DNA of 10,395 nucleotides from Candidatus Eiseniibacteriota bacterium (GTDB taxonomy: Bacteria; Eisenbacteria; RBG-16-71-46): NCBI GenBank assembly GCA_041483195.1, contig JBGPFC010000065.1, positions 1 to 10,395 on the forward strand, in the 5' to 3' direction. The notes beneath the pieces are model-generated. The model was not told the origin of the DNA and ran no database searches. It was given only the letters and a program-made list of their open reading frames with translations. Positions 9,282-10,395 of the stretch are shown piece by piece (positions within the stretch are counted from its first letter, which is position 1; each line of letters begins with the position of its first letter). The position numbers were made by a program, and so were the translations under genes.

Positions 9282-10201
9282 GCGGCACCCGGCGCGCGCG
9301 CCGCCGCGAGCCGCATCGCGATGCGGCAGGTCTGAACGTGGATCCGCACCGTGTCCTCGATCCGGCGCGCGTAGCCGCCGCCCAGCGTCACCACCGCGGG
9401 AATCGCACGCGCCGCGCAGCCTTCGAGCACCCGACGATCGCGCGCATCGAGGCCCTCGAACGACAGCGCGAGGCCGCCCAGCTGATCCTCGGCGTAGGGG
9501 TCCGCGCCCGCCTGGTAGAGCACGATCTCCGGCGCGAACGCCCACACGCGCTCGAGCGCTGCGTCGAGCCGCGCCAGATACTCCGCGTCGCCCGTGCCGT
9601 CGGCTAGCCCCACGTCGAGGTCGCTCGCTTCCTTGGGCACCGGATAATTCGCCTCCTGGTGAACGGAGAGGGTGAACACCGCCGGGTCGTCGCGGAAGAT
9701 GCGGGCGGTCCCGTTGCCCTGGTGCACGTCGAGATCCACCACCGCCGCGCGCCGCACCAGTCCATCGTGCCGCAGTGTCAGGATCGCGACCGCGAGATCG
9801 TTGATGTAGCAGAAACCCTCGGCGTGGTCGGCGAACGCGTGATGGAATCCGCCCCCGAGGTTGATGCCCGCCCCGCGCCGCAGCGCCTCGCGCGCGGCGA
9901 GCGTGGTGCCGGCCGCCGCCAGCCGGTAGGCGCGCACGATCTCGGCGGTGAGCGGCAGCTCCGACATCCGCGTTCGCGGGGTCCAGCGCAGATGCTCGAG
10001 GTCGTCCAGGTATTCCGCGCGGTGGGCGCGCAACAGCTCATCGCGCGCGGGCGGCTGCGGCACCAGGATCTCGCCGTCCGCGAGGTCGCGGTCGGCCACG
10101 AGCTGGGCGCGCGCGAGGGCGAACTTCTCGACCGGGAACACGTGCGCGCCGATGTCGCAGAAGTACTCTGACGAATGGACGACGGCGGCGGCGTTCGACA
10201 T
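9278..10201 (-). CDS. Histone deacetylase-family Zn-dependent amidohydrolase (HDAC11/class IV-like)
   Basis: HVFPVEKF, GGGFHHA, GFC, DLDVHQGNG, QAGADP...D and GGGY. ATG 10201 preferred; GTG 10219 is an alternative. Confidence 0.94.
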   Translation of the reverse strand: MSNAAAVVHSSEYFCDIGAHVFPVEKFALARAQLVADRDLADGEILVPQPPARDELLRAHRAEYLDDLEHLRWTPRTRMSELPLTAEIVRAYRLAAAGTTLAAREALRRGAGINLGGGFHHAFADHAEGFCYINDLAVAILTLRHDGLVRRAAVVDLDVHQGNGTARIFRDDPAVFTLSVHQEANYPVPKEASDLDVGLADGTGDAEYLARLDAALERVWAFAPEIVLYQAGADPYAEDQLGGLALSFEGLDARDRRVLEGCAARAIPAVVTLGGGYARRIEDTVRIHVQTCRIAMRLAAARAPGAA

Positions 10202-10209
10202 GGCGGGGG

Positions 10210-10238
10210 ATGCTGCCACCTTCTGGCGCGTGCGGCAA
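10210..10238 (-). promoter_or_regulatory. Putative promoter giving a (near-)leaderless HDAC-corA transcript
   Basis: Minus strand TTGCCG (10238-10233), 17 bp, CAGCAT (10215-10210) with a TG extension. ATG lies 8 nt downstream with no SD. Confidence 0.35.
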
Positions 10239-10254
10239 CGCGCGCGACGCGATC

Positions 10255-10395
10255 TGTAGTTCCGCAGTGAAAATGTCCGGGTTAACTCCGCTGTGATTAG
10301 GTCCGAGGCATGGACCCCATACCGATGTCACTGCGAGAAGCCCGACGGCTGGGCTTGTTGGAAGCCGCACTGCGAGGAGAAGTGACGAACGTACA
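10255..10395 (+). mobile_element. Left end of a probable IS1202/ISNCY-like insertion sequence (truncated by window edge)
   Basis: GC content drops abruptly starting at TGTAGTTCCGCAGTGAAAATGTCC (TGT terminus). A transposase-like reading frame begins 55 nt inside. Confidence 0.65.
10310..10395 (+). CDS. N-terminus of probable IS1202/ISNCY-family transposase (partial)
   Basis: Translation MDPIPMSLREARRLGLLEAALRGEVTNV resembles, from my recollection, the MSxxExxRLxxIxxxxxGxLT start of these transposases just before the HTH. Alternative start at 10325. Confidence 0.65.
   Translation, partial: MDPIPMSLREARRLGLLEAALRGEVTNV

Overview
Very GC-rich bacterial chromosomal window, with most genes on the minus strand. 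Left to right it holds: the 5' part of groEL and a complete groES, preceded by a sigma70-like promoter and a non-canonical CIRCE-like inverted repeat; a Pro-rich/TM/OB-fold hypothetical protein; an NtrC-family (REC-AAA+-Fis) regulator lacking both the phospho-acceptor Asp and the GAFTGA motif; a 1-Cys AhpE-like peroxiredoxin; a stand-alone DEDDh exonuclease; an exported WCGWC thioredoxin-fold protein; a metallophosphoesterase; a divergently transcribed secreted protein made of two CBM4/9-like domains; corA translationally coupled to a histone deacetylase-family gene; and the probable left end of an IS1202/ISNCY-like insertion sequence. The most notable unexplained signal is a roughly 235-250 nt, promoter-preceded, densely base-paired, apparently non-coding element at about 8063-8316. 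It matches no RNA family I can recognise by eye.
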